A DNA stretch of 64,000 bases from assembly GCA_963734015.1 (NCBI GenBank), contig CAVTFG010000011.1, forward strand, positions 17,842 through 81,841. Reading direction: 5' to 3'. Below are positions 45,465-55,952 of this stretch, piece after piece. A model generated the notes under the pieces. It saw nothing but the letters and a program-made list of their open reading frames with translations, was not told the DNA's origin and made no database searches. Source of the stretch: an uncultured bacterium. Its GTDB lineage: Bacteria > Actinomycetota > Thermoleophilia > Solirubrobacterales > 70-9. The position numbers and the translations under genes are program-made. Position 1 is the stretch's first letter; each line of letters starts with the position of its first letter.

Positions 45465-45523
45465 TGGGTGAGCGACGCAAGGCGCGACAGCATGTTTGCC
45501 CCCCTGGCAAGAAATGTCCATGA
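45464..45523 (+). CDS. Conserved 19-codon small ORF, copy B (MGERRKARQHVCPPGKKCP), overlapping both neighbours
   Basis: Its ATG shares one base with the marR TGA (TGATG), and its TGA overlaps the MFS ATG (ATGA). SD GGAGGAG lies 5 nt upstream. Paralogous to 13033-13092. Confidence 0.55.
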   Translation: MGERRKARQHVCPPGKKCP

Positions 45524-46992
45524 ATCCACACCTGAACCCCGGTCGTCAGCACTACGGCCTGACCCTCGCCGTCCTGCTGATCGCCGCCCTCGCCTTCGCC
45601 CTGCAACAGACGATGGTCGCCCCCGCCCTGCCGGCGATCCAGGAGGAGCTGGATACCTCCACCACGGCGGTGACCTTCGTACTCACCGGTTTCCTTTTGA
45701 CCGCCTCGGTCTCCACTCCCATCATGGGCCGTCTCGGCGACATGTTCGGCAAGGAGCGGATGCTCGTGATCGCGCTCCTGATCTTCGGACTGGGCTCGCT
45801 GGTCTGCGCGCTCTCGCACTCGATCGAGGTCCTGATCGCGGGCCGCGGGATCCAGGGCATTGCCGCGGCGGTGTTCCCCCTGGCCTTCGGGATCATCCGC
45901 GACGAGTTCCCGCCCGAGCGCGTGGCGACGGGCATCGGCCTGATCAGCGCCACGTTCGGCATCGGCGGCGGCGCCGGCCTCGTCCTGAGCGGGTTGATCG
46001 TCGACCACCTGGCCTACGAGTGGATCTTCTGGCTCGGTCTGGTGTTCATCGCCGTCGCGATCGTGGCCACGTTCCTCTGGGTGCCGGAGTCGCCCGTGAA
46101 GAGTCCGGCCAAGATCGACTGGGGCGGCGCCGCTCTGCTGTCGGGAACGCTGGTCTCGCTCCTGGTCGGCGTCAGCGAGGCGAACTCGTGGGGCTGGGGC
46201 TCGCCCGAGATCCTGGGGCTGTTCGCCACCTCGGCGATTCTCTTCATGACGTGGGTCAGGTACGAGCGGCACCAACCCGAGCCGTTGGTGGACATCGCGA
46301 TGATGCGCGAGCGCGCCGTGCTGACCACAAACCTGACGGCGTTGATGGTTGGCTTCGGGATGTTCGGGTCGTTCATCCTGATCCCACAGCTCGTGCAGCT
46401 GCCCGAGTCCACCGGCTTCGGCTTCGGCGCCACGGTGACGCAGGCAGGCCTGTTCATGGCTCCCTCGGCGGCGATCATGCTCGTCGCGGGGCCGCTGGCG
46501 GGCTGGCTGGGCAGCCGTTTCGGCTCCCGCCTCCCGCTGCTGATCGGCACCGCGCTGACCGCGGTCAGCTTCGCGATCCTCGCCCTGGCCCACGAGGACC
46601 GCGCTTGGATCTATGTCTCGAGCGGCATCCTCGGCCTCGGCATCGGCTTCGCGTTCGCGTCGATGGCCAACCTCGTCGTGGAGGCGGTCCACCCGAGCCG
46701 CACCGGCGTCGCCACCGGGATCAACACGATCATGCGCACGATCGGCGGCTCGCTCGGCGGCCAGATCGCGGCGACGATCGTGGCTTCCACCGTGCTCGCC
46801 TCAACCGGCCTGCCGGAGGAGTCCGGGTTCGAGCTCGCGTTCGCGCTGTCGGGCGTGGGGATGGTCGGCGCGTTCGTGGCCGCGCTGGCGATCCCGCGGG
46901 ATCTGCCCTACTCCCCCACGCGCGTGGCGCGGGAGACGGTCGCGGCGACCACGCCCCTGGCCGGCCCCAGCGCCTCTGGCGGGAGCCAGTGA
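45520..46992 (+). CDS. MFS transporter, DHA2 (14-TMS, EmrB/QacA-like) drug:H+ antiporter family
   Basis: 14 hydrophobic segments, motif A-like GRLGDMFGKERM and motif C-like region. The track ORF begins at 45496; ATG 45520 is preferred because of the small-ORF coupling. Confidence 0.88.
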   Translation: MNPHLNPGRQHYGLTLAVLLIAALAFALQQTMVAPALPAIQEELDTSTTAVTFVLTGFLLTASVSTPIMGRLGDMFGKERMLVIALLIFGLGSLVCALSHSIEVLIAGRGIQGIAAAVFPLAFGIIRDEFPPERVATGIGLISATFGIGGGAGLVLSGLIVDHLAYEWIFWLGLVFIAVAIVATFLWVPESPVKSPAKIDWGGAALLSGTLVSLLVGVSEANSWGWGSPEILGLFATSAILFMTWVRYERHQPEPLVDIAMMRERAVLTTNLTALMVGFGMFGSFILIPQLVQLPESTGFGFGATVTQAGLFMAPSAAIMLVAGPLAGWLGSRFGSRLPLLIGTALTAVSFAILALAHEDRAWIYVSSGILGLGIGFAFASMANLVVEAVHPSRTGVATGINTIMRTIGGSLGGQIAATIVASTVLASTGLPEESGFELAFALSGVGMVGAFVAALAIPRDLPYSPTRVARETVAATTPLAGPSASGGSQ

Positions 46993-47567
46993 CCGGCATT
47001 GGTCTCCAGGTATTCCGGGGACAGTCCCCCGGCCTCGAGTAGCTGCCGCGCACGGCGCGCGAACTCGACCGAGATGACCGGGTCGTTGGCGCCGTGATGG
47101 ATCAGCACCTGAAGCTGCTCGCGGCCCGCGAGCTCCGGCTGCCAGCCGTCCACGGTCGGGATGAAGCCGCTGAACGCGAGTAACCCGCCGGGCAGCGGGC
47201 GATCCGGGCCCAGGGCGACCGAGTAGGACATCACCGCGCCCATTGAGAACCCGCCGATCACCGTGCGGTCCCAGCCGATCCCGCGCGCGGCGAGCAGCTG
47301 GTCCAGGAACCCGGTCAGCAGCCCGTAGCTCGCCTGGAAGGTCTCGGGCTCGGGATAGCCGACGCGCGGGACCAGGTACCAGTGGCGGCCTCCGGGCGGC
47401 ACATCGGTCAGCGGGGCGCCGGTCGTGACCCCCAGCAGCCGGCGATCCGGGTCGAGTTCGTCGAGCAGGCCGAACAGGTCGTTCTCATCCGAGCCACGTC
47501 CGTGGTTCAAGACCAGGGCGCCCTGCGGCTGCCCCTCCGGCTCGCGGAGCAGATGGACCAGGCTCAT
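46908..47567 (-). CDS. Phospholipase/carboxylesterase-family alpha/beta hydrolase (MhqD-like)
   Basis: LVLNHGRGSDENDL, nucleophile elbow GGFSMGAVM, and a catalytic His near the C-terminus. Confidence 0.82.
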   Translation of the reverse strand: MSLVHLLREPEGQPQGALVLNHGRGSDENDLFGLLDELDPDRRLLGVTTGAPLTDVPPGGRHWYLVPRVGYPEPETFQASYGLLTGFLDQLLAARGIGWDRTVIGGFSMGAVMSYSVALGPDRPLPGGLLAFSGFIPTVDGWQPELAGREQLQVLIHHGANDPVISVEFARRARQLLEAGGLSPEYLETNAGHWLPPEALGPARGVVAATVSRATRVGE

Positions 47568-47618
47568 ATCAGCCGCCTCAACAACGGCGGGGCTCGGCTT
47601 TGTCCTTCGGACGCCGCC

Positions 47619-48539
47619 TCACGCTGTCGTGCGCTGGCGCGGGTTCGTGATCGGGGTCAGCACCTTCTCGATCTCCTCGCGCCGGCCCTCGAGGAACGGC
47701 GGCAGGATCAATTTCTCGCCGAGATGGGCCGGGTCCTCGTCCACGCCGAAGCCGGGCTCCGGGGTGGCGAGCTCGAACAGCACACCGCTCGGCTCGCGGA
47801 AGTAGATCGAACGGAACCAGAACCGGTCGATCACCGGTGTTGGGCGGGCGCCGTGCCGGATCGCGCGCTCGCGCCAGATCTCGTGGTCCTCGGAGGCGGA
47901 GTTCCACGCGATGTGGTGCACGGTCCCGGCGCCCTGGATGCCCGGCTCGGCTGGGGCCGCGTCGTAGGCCCACAGGCCACCGCGGCTCGGGCCGCGGATC
48001 TCCCAACCCTCACCGGCAGGCGCGAACTCAAGTGCGTGCTCGAGCAGGTCGCGGCTCGCCTCGGGATCGGTCGTGTAGGCGCGGGCGTGGTCGAAACCCT
48101 GGAGTGCCAGCTCGCCGGGGACCTCGGGATGGTCGGCCATCAACGGCTGGTCGGGCACCTCGGCGACGACGAGGGCGTGCTCGAGGCCCTCGGGGTCGGC
48201 GAAGACCAGGCCTCCGTCGGTCCGCGAGCTTGGGGTGCCGGCCTCGTCGAGGCGCCGCTGCCAGAAGTCCAGCGCCTCGGTCGATGCGACGCGCCAGCCG
48301 ATCCGGTGGATCATCCCCCCGCCGGCCCGGCCGAGGCTGGCGCCAGGGAACTCGAAGAAGGTCATGTCGGCCCCAGGGCTCCCCTCCTCGTCCGCGTAGA
48401 AGAGGTGGTAGACGCTCGGCTCATCCTGGTTGACGGTCTTCTTGACCATCCGCAGTCCCAGCACCCCGGCGTAGAAGTCCACGTTGCGCTGGGCGTCGGC
48501 GGTGATCGCGGTGATGTGATGGATTCCGTTCAGCTTCAT
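47619..48539 (-). CDS. Ring-cleaving (hydroquinone-type) dioxygenase of the VOC superfamily (MhqA/E/O-like)
   Basis: The N-terminus GIHHITAITADAQRNVDFYAGVLGLRMVKKTVNQD...YHLFYAD is near-diagnostic for this family; two VOC modules. Confidence 0.85.
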   Translation of the reverse strand: MKLNGIHHITAITADAQRNVDFYAGVLGLRMVKKTVNQDEPSVYHLFYADEEGSPGADMTFFEFPGASLGRAGGGMIHRIGWRVASTEALDFWQRRLDEAGTPSSRTDGGLVFADPEGLEHALVVAEVPDQPLMADHPEVPGELALQGFDHARAYTTDPEASRDLLEHALEFAPAGEGWEIRGPSRGGLWAYDAAPAEPGIQGAGTVHHIAWNSASEDHEIWRERAIRHGARPTPVIDRFWFRSIYFREPSGVLFELATPEPGFGVDEDPAHLGEKLILPPFLEGRREEIEKVLTPITNPRQRTTA

Positions 48540-48573
48540 GAGCCCCTCCGAGCATCGGGAAGTCCTTGCATGC

Positions 48574-48599
48574 GCAACTATAACACCACAGGTAGTTGC
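48574..48599. promoter_or_regulatory. Inverted repeat GCAACTA-N12-TAGTTGC, candidate operator for the second MarR regulator
   Basis: Read directly. It shares the 9-mer GTAGTTGCT with the first MarR intergenic region. Confidence 0.4.
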
Positions 48600-48628
48600 T
48601 CGCGCAATCAGTTCGCTACGCTTCCGCC

Positions 48629-49096
48629 ATGGCGACCACGCGGCGCGACTCGCCCCTCACCAAGCAGGAGCTCGACGCCTGGCGCGGGATGCTGCGCGTC
48701 CACCGCGACGTCGTCGCCCGGCTGGATGCGGAGCTCGAGCGCGATCAGGGCCTCCCCCTCTCGTCTTACGAGGTCCTGATCTCGCTTGCCGACTCGCCGG
48801 ACGGCCGCCTGCGGATGGGCGAGCTCGCCGGCGCCCTCCTGCTCAGCCGCAGCGGCCTCACGAGGCTGGTCGACCGGCTCGAACGCCAGGGGATGGTGGC
48901 TCGGGAGCGGTGTGAGGACGACGCGCGGGGGTACTTCGCGGTGATCACCGACGCCGGCCGTGAGAAGCTCGAGAGCGCCCGACCCACGCACTGGGCGGGA
49001 ATCCGCGAGCACTTTCTCGGCCGCCTCACGCCCGGCGACCTCGACGCCCTGGCGCACGCCTGGGCCCGGGTCCGGACAGGCTCGAACTCCGCCTGA
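48629..49096 (+). CDS. MarR-family transcriptional regulator (MhqR-like by context)
   Basis: wHTH LPLSSYEVLISLADSPDGRLRMGELAGALLLSRSGLTRLVDRLERQGMVARERCEDDARG. Start set at MATTRRD. Confidence 0.88.
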   Translation: MATTRRDSPLTKQELDAWRGMLRVHRDVVARLDAELERDQGLPLSSYEVLISLADSPDGRLRMGELAGALLLSRSGLTRLVDRLERQGMVARERCEDDARGYFAVITDAGREKLESARPTHWAGIREHFLGRLTPGDLDALAHAWARVRTGSNSA

Positions 49097-49188
49097 GCGG
49101 ACAACTCGCCGGCGGAAGGTTGTCCGTTGGCACGAGGAGGCGTACCGGTACGCTGGCCACGAGGCGACGAGCTGGAAGCGAGGAACAA

Positions 49189-50583
49189 ATGACCGTTGAG
49201 ACCACTACGACCGGGGCGGGCACCGCGATCGACCGCGACCGGATCAAGCAGCTGACGGAACAGCAGATGGACCTGCTGGCACAGCGCACGCCGCGCTCGA
49301 AGGAGCTCTACGAGCGCGCGGTCAAGGTCATGCCGGGGGGTGTCCCCTCCTCGTTCCAGGAGAACGACCCGTGGCCCGTGTACCTCGAACGGGGCATCGG
49401 ATCTCGCGTTTGGGACGTCGACGGCTCCGAGTACACGGACTTCCACAACGGCTTCGGGGTGATGTGCATCGGCCATGCCAACCCCACCGTGGGCGCCGCC
49501 GTCAAGGCCCGCCACGACGAGGGCACCCACTTCGCCGCCCCCACCGACGGCTCGATCGTGGTCGCGGAGGAGCTCACCGATCGCTTCGGCCTGCCGCAAT
49601 GGCGCTTCACCAACTCCGGGACCGAATCCACGATGGACTCCGTCCACCTCGCGCGCGGGGCCACCGACAGGGACATGATCCTGAAGATCGAGGGCTCCTA
49701 TCACGGCCACCACGACGCCGTGATGGTGAGCGTCTATCCGGAGCTGGAGGACCTGGGCGACCGCGACGACCCGATCTCGGTTCCCTACGGCGCCGGCTAC
49801 CCGCGGGCGCTGACCGACCTGACGCGCTCCGTCCCGTTCAACGACGCCGACGCGCTCGCGAAGGTGCTCGAGAAGCTCGATGGCAAGGTCGCCGGGCTGA
49901 TCATGGAGCCGGCGATGATGAACATCAACATCATCCCGCCGCGCGACGGCTATCTCGAGCGCGTGCGCGAGCTGACGCGCGAGCACGGCGTGCTCCTGAT
50001 CTTCGACGAGGTGAAGACGGGTGCAACGATCGCCCGCGGCGGCGCGACCGAGCGCTTTGGTGTGACGCCCGACATGATCACCCTCGCCAAGGCGACCTGC
50101 GGCGGATACCCGGGCGGCGCGATCGGCATGAGCGACGAGGTCGCCGAGGTGATCACGTCGGGCAAGGTCCATCAGTACGGGACGTTCAACGGCAACCCAC
50201 TGGTGATGGCGGCGGCGCAGGCGACCCTGACCGAGGTCCTGACGGAGGATGCCTACGCGAAGCTCGAATCCGCCAACGACCGCCTGCGCGCCGGGTGCGA
50301 CGAGCTGATCGAGCGCTTCGGCCTCCCCTGCTACACGCAGGGCCTCGGAGCCAAGGGCTGCGTGATCTTCTCGTCCGAGCCGCTGTACGAGTACCGCGAC
50401 TACCTCACGAAGGTGGACGGCGAGCTGTCGACCCTCGCGTGGCTGTTCCACATGAACCACGGGATCTTCATGACCCCCGGGGTCGAGGAGGAGTGGACGC
50501 TCTCGATCGCGCACACGGACGAGGACATCCGGCGGTATCTCGACGCGTTCGAGGCGTTCGCGCGCGACGTGACCGGCGGCTGA
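49189..50583 (+). CDS. Class-III PLP aminotransferase (glutamate-1-semialdehyde aminomutase-like)
   Basis: [32 protein letters not shown], the PLP-Lys region IFDEVKTG and G(T)FNGNP. SD GAGGAA precedes ATG 49189. Confidence 0.88.
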   Translation: MTVETTTTGAGTAIDRDRIKQLTEQQMDLLAQRTPRSKELYERAVKVMPGGVPSSFQENDPWPVYLERGIGSRVWDVDGSEYTDFHNGFGVMCIGHANPTVGAAVKARHDEGTHFAAPTDGSIVVAEELTDRFGLPQWRFTNSGTESTMDSVHLARGATDRDMILKIEGSYHGHHDAVMVSVYPELEDLGDRDDPISVPYGAGYPRALTDLTRSVPFNDADALAKVLEKLDGKVAGLIMEPAMMNINIIPPRDGYLERVRELTREHGVLLIFDEVKTGATIARGGATERFGVTPDMITLAKATCGGYPGGAIGMSDEVAEVITSGKVHQYGTFNGNPLVMAAAQATLTEVLTEDAYAKLESANDRLRAGCDELIERFGLPCYTQGLGAKGCVIFSSEPLYEYRDYLTKVDGELSTLAWLFHMNHGIFMTPGVEEEWTLSIAHTDEDIRRYLDAFEAFARDVTGG

Positions 50584-50586
50584 CCC

Positions 50587-51930
50587 TCAGTCGCCGAGGG
50601 GCGACGGGCTGCCCAGCTCGAACCCCTGCGCCATGTCAACTCCGCGCCTCCGGAGGATCGGAACCAGCTCCTGGGACTCGACCCGCTTTGCCACGGTGGT
50701 CTTACCGGTCCCGTGAGCCAGCCTGACGATCGCCCGCAGGGTGGCGTCGTCCGCGTCCTCGTTCATCAGCTCGCGCGTCACGGGGCCATCGATCTTCACC
50801 TGGTCGAGCGGTAGGCGCTGTAGCTGCTCAAACGCACCCTGCGTGCCGGTGAAGCCGTCGAGTACCAGCGGGCACCCGGTTGCCGCGAGCTGGCGCGCAG
50901 CCGCCGAGGCGGCGACGACGTTGCGCTGAATCGCGGCCTCCCCGATCTCCAGCCCCAGCCAGCGAGTGCGATCGGCAGCGCCGTGCAGCACGCGGACGAA
51001 CCGCGCCAGTGCGCGCCCGTCGTTGAGAGTCTCGCCCGAGAGATTGATGTGCAGGCGCGTGCCTCGGGACCCGTTGGCCAGCGAGGCGAGCGCCTGGTCG
51101 ACCACCCAACGATCGATCTCGGCACAGAGTCCCGGCTCCTGCGCTGCCGCCGCGAGGACGTCCGACGCGGGCACCACCGAATCCGCGCTCCCGCGCATGC
51201 GGACGAGCACCTCGCGGTGGGCGACCTCGCCGCTCCGCAGGTCGACCGCGGGTTGCGCATAGAGCAGCAGGTCACCCGCGCGCAGCGCGTCACGCACTTC
51301 TTCGGCTCCCGAATCCGAGACGGCGCGGCCCGGCGGCTCGGGCGCGGGGATCGGTTCCACACGGGCGTCGACGGCGCTCGTGAACGCGATGCGCGTTCGA
51401 TCCGAACGCTTGGCGTCGGTCACGTCCTGGCAGACGCCCACGACCCGCACGACCGTGCCCGTCTCATCCACGATCGGCTCACCCTTGCAGCGGAGCACAC
51501 GCTCGGATCCGTCGACGGTTACGCGGTGCTCGAGCCTGTATGGGCGCCGCTCCCGAACCGCCGTCTCGATCTCGACGCGCACCAGCGCGCGATCGCCGGG
51601 ATGGACCTGCCGCAGAAAGCCCTCATAGCTCGGCTCGAAGGTCGCCGGATCGAGCCCGAAGATCCGGAAGAGGTGGTCCGACCAGGTGACCCGGTCGTCG
51701 CTGACCCGCCACTCCCAGCTGCCGATGTCGGCGACTCGCTGGGCCTCGCTCATCCGAGCCGCGGCGGCACGAAGCTCGTCCATCGCCCCGTGAGCGAGCC
51801 GCTCCTCGTCGGGGCCGCGCAGGTCGAGGAGCGCGGCCACCGGCCGCTCTTTGATCTCCCCGACGGAACTCCCTGTAAAAGCCATCCCCGGGCGACCGTA
51901 GCTCGCAGAAACCGCGCCGCAAGGTGACAT
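50587..51930 (-). CDS. PAS-EAL signalling protein (putative c-di-GMP phosphodiesterase; no GGDEF domain)
   Basis: PAS region (GSWEWRVSDDRVTWSD) plus an EAL domain (LLYAQPAVDL..., EVLVRM, LHINLS, LGLEIGE, VKIDG). The start may be Met16 (51885). Confidence 0.85.
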   Translation of the reverse strand: MSPCGAVSASYGRPGMAFTGSSVGEIKERPVAALLDLRGPDEERLAHGAMDELRAAAARMSEAQRVADIGSWEWRVSDDRVTWSDHLFRIFGLDPATFEPSYEGFLRQVHPGDRALVRVEIETAVRERRPYRLEHRVTVDGSERVLRCKGEPIVDETGTVVRVVGVCQDVTDAKRSDRTRIAFTSAVDARVEPIPAPEPPGRAVSDSGAEEVRDALRAGDLLLYAQPAVDLRSGEVAHREVLVRMRGSADSVVPASDVLAAAAQEPGLCAEIDRWVVDQALASLANGSRGTRLHINLSGETLNDGRALARFVRVLHGAADRTRWLGLEIGEAAIQRNVVAASAAARQLAATGCPLVLDGFTGTQGAFEQLQRLPLDQVKIDGPVTRELMNEDADDATLRAIVRLAHGTGKTTVAKRVESQELVPILRRRGVDMAQGFELGSPSPLGD

Positions 51931-52062
51931 TCGTCCGCTCTACCGGGTTCCGAGTAGGGCAGGTACCACAAACCGGTGACCGCCAGGCGGAAGAATCTTC
52001 AGGAGGACGGGGCGAGAGCGCGACGAAGCTGAGGGTGCCGCCCAAGGGCTAGCCTCGGAGGC

Positions 52063-54063
<2,001 letters not shown>

Positions 54064-54118
54064 GGCGACCGCGGCCCGCCGGGGGCGAATCCGGGACGCT
54101 CGAACGCTTGTAGGGGTC

Positions 54119-55033
54119 ATGGCACCTACAACCGTTCTAGGGCTAGCGCGGGCTGCCTGGGAGTTGGCCGGCCGCCAACACGGGGTGGTCGCTCGGTGGC
54201 AATTGCAGGACCTTGGGTTCAGTGCAGAGGCGATCCGCCACCGGATCGCGAAGGGGCGTTTGCATCCTGTCCACCGTGGCGTCTACGCCGTCGGCCGACG
54301 GGCTCTGAGCCGCGAGGGGCGCTGGATGGCGGCGGTGCTCGCCTGCGGTGACGGTGCGGTCCTCAGTCACGACAGCGCCGCGTTTCTCTGGGGGCTCCAA
54401 AAGCGCGAGCGGGCGCACGTTCACGTCTCGATTCCCCGCGCCCGCAACGCTCGACCGAGCCGCATCAGAGTCCACCGCCGCCACCGCGAAGCCCTCGCCG
54501 ACGCCACAACCCGCGACCGGATCCCCGTCACAAGCCCCGTACGAACGTTGGTCGATCTCGCGGCCCGAGCGGAGCGCCCCACAGCCGAGGCCCTTGTGAA
54601 CCAGGCCGACAAGCTGGACCTGATCGACCCCGAGGCGCTGCGCGCCGCGCTCGACGAACGCGACGGCGAGCGTGGCGCCCCGCTTCTGCGCGAAGTGCTT
54701 GACCGCGCCAGCTTCACCCTGACCGACTCCGAGCTCGAGCGCCTATTCCTGCCGATCGTCCGTCGCGTTGGACTCCCCAAGCCAGCGACCCGCCAGTGGG
54801 TCAACGGCCACCGGGTCGACTTCTTCTGGCCCGAGCTCGAGCTGGTGGTCGAGACGGACGGCCTGCGCTACCACCGCACCGCGACCCAGCAGGCCCGCGA
54901 CACGGTGCGCGACAACGCCCATCGCGCCGCGGGTCTCGTGCCGGTGCGCTTCACCCACGCCCAGGTGCGATACGAGCCCGGTTACGTGGAGGAGATCCTG
55001 GCCGCGGTGACCCGCAGGGCCCAGCGCGGATAG
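54119..55033 (+). CDS. DUF559 (Vsr-like endonuclease fold) protein with AbiEi_4-like N-terminal wHTH
   Basis: N-terminus GVVARWQLQDLGFSAEAIRHRIAKGRLHPVHRGVYAV; C-terminus VDFFWPELELVVETDGLRYHRT, as in actinobacterial DUF559 paralogues. Confidence 0.75.
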   Translation: MAPTTVLGLARAAWELAGRQHGVVARWQLQDLGFSAEAIRHRIAKGRLHPVHRGVYAVGRRALSREGRWMAAVLACGDGAVLSHDSAAFLWGLQKRERAHVHVSIPRARNARPSRIRVHRRHREALADATTRDRIPVTSPVRTLVDLAARAERPTAEALVNQADKLDLIDPEALRAALDERDGERGAPLLREVLDRASFTLTDSELERLFLPIVRRVGLPKPATRQWVNGHRVDFFWPELELVVETDGLRYHRTATQQARDTVRDNAHRAAGLVPVRFTHAQVRYEPGYVEEILAAVTRRAQRG

Positions 55034-55045
55034 GCTTCCGCGCCG

Positions 55046-55561
55046 ATGGCTTCGAAGAAGGCGAGTGCCAAGCAGGTCGCGACCGCGTATTTCGATGCGA
55101 TCGCAGAGCGCGACGTGGATGCGATGGCCGCGTGCTGGAAGGCGGGCTCCACCGACCGGCTCTACGGGATGGCCGACCTCCGGGTTCCCGATGACCTGAA
55201 GCGGTGGTTCGGGAACCTGTTCCAGGCGATGCCCGACTTCGCGCTGTCGGTCGTCGACATGGTCGCTTACGGGGACAAGGCCGCCGTTCGCTGGAAGGCG
55301 ACCGGCACCTTCACCGGTTCGGTGAAGTTCGAGGGACTGAACGCGACGGGCTCGCGGGTCGAGCTGGAGGGCCTCGACCTCCTCACGATCGAGGACGGAC
55401 TGGTCGTCGAGAACCACGCTTATACGAACACGACCGAGCTCGCGCGCCAGTTCGGGGCCATGCCGCCCGCCGGTTCGGCCGGCGAGCGGGCGATGCTGGG
55501 CGCGGTGAACGCCCGCACCGCTGCGATGGCCTGGGTGAAGCGCGTGCGCGAAGGCAGCTAG
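55046..55561 (+). CDS. SnoaL-like / ester-cyclase (NTF2-fold) protein
   Basis: YFDAIAERDVDAM..., RWKATGTFTG...G...LEGLDLLTIEDGLVVEN are typical of SnoaL polyketide-cyclase-like proteins. Confidence 0.8.
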   Translation: MASKKASAKQVATAYFDAIAERDVDAMAACWKAGSTDRLYGMADLRVPDDLKRWFGNLFQAMPDFALSVVDMVAYGDKAAVRWKATGTFTGSVKFEGLNATGSRVELEGLDLLTIEDGLVVENHAYTNTTELARQFGAMPPAGSAGERAMLGAVNARTAAMAWVKRVREGS

Positions 55562-55952
55562 GCCCGCCGTCGTTCTTCTTGACCTTGAGGGTCGCTTCCA
55601 TCCCGTAGGAGACGTGGTTGGGGAGCGAGCACCACAGCCGATAGCTGGAGGCGCGCTTCAGCCACAGCCGCGGGAGACTCGCGACCTCGCCGGGCCCCAG
55701 CTCGCCGGTGCCGTGCTCGGTCGCGGAACCCACCCGCCGGAGCTTCAGGTCGTGCGGGTCCTCGCCCGCGTTCTGGAACTGAACGACCGCCGGGCCCGGC
55801 GCAACGCGAGTGCGGCTCAGGACCAGGTCGAACTCGTCGCCCCGGACGCCGATGCGGGTGAGGGGCCGCTCACCTCGCTCGGCGGCGGGCGCCTCGCCGG
55901 TGCCAAGCGCGGCGGCGGCGACCAGCAGCGCGCTGGTCAGCGCTCGCTTCAC
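55383..55952 (-). CDS. Secreted cupredoxin (plastocyanin/azurin-like type-1 copper) protein; 3' end doubtful
   Basis: Signal peptide, then ligands H (EDPHDL), C-x4-H (WCSLPNH) and M (YGM). After ...ATLKVKKNDGGP the frame runs ~60 Arg-rich codons antisense into the SnoaL gene. The GTG start overlaps the DUF1501 stop (GTGA). Confidence 0.65.
   Translation of the reverse strand: MKRALTSALLVAAAALGTGEAPAAERGERPLTRIGVRGDEFDLVLSRTRVAPGPAVVQFQNAGEDPHDLKLRRVGSATEHGTGELGPGEVASLPRLWLKRASSYRLWCSLPNHVSYGMEATLKVKKNDGGPSCLRARASPRPSQRCGRSPRPASPARRPNRRAAWPRTGARARSCSYKRGSRRPVRPRS

Noticed and set aside
51931-52062. Possible fourth copy of the small-ORF element (GGGCGAGAGCGCGACGAAGC...GCCGCCCAAGGGC)
   Set aside because: The similarity is limited to short GC-rich words, there is no equivalent ORF, and the spacing differs. 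I judged it chance resemblance.
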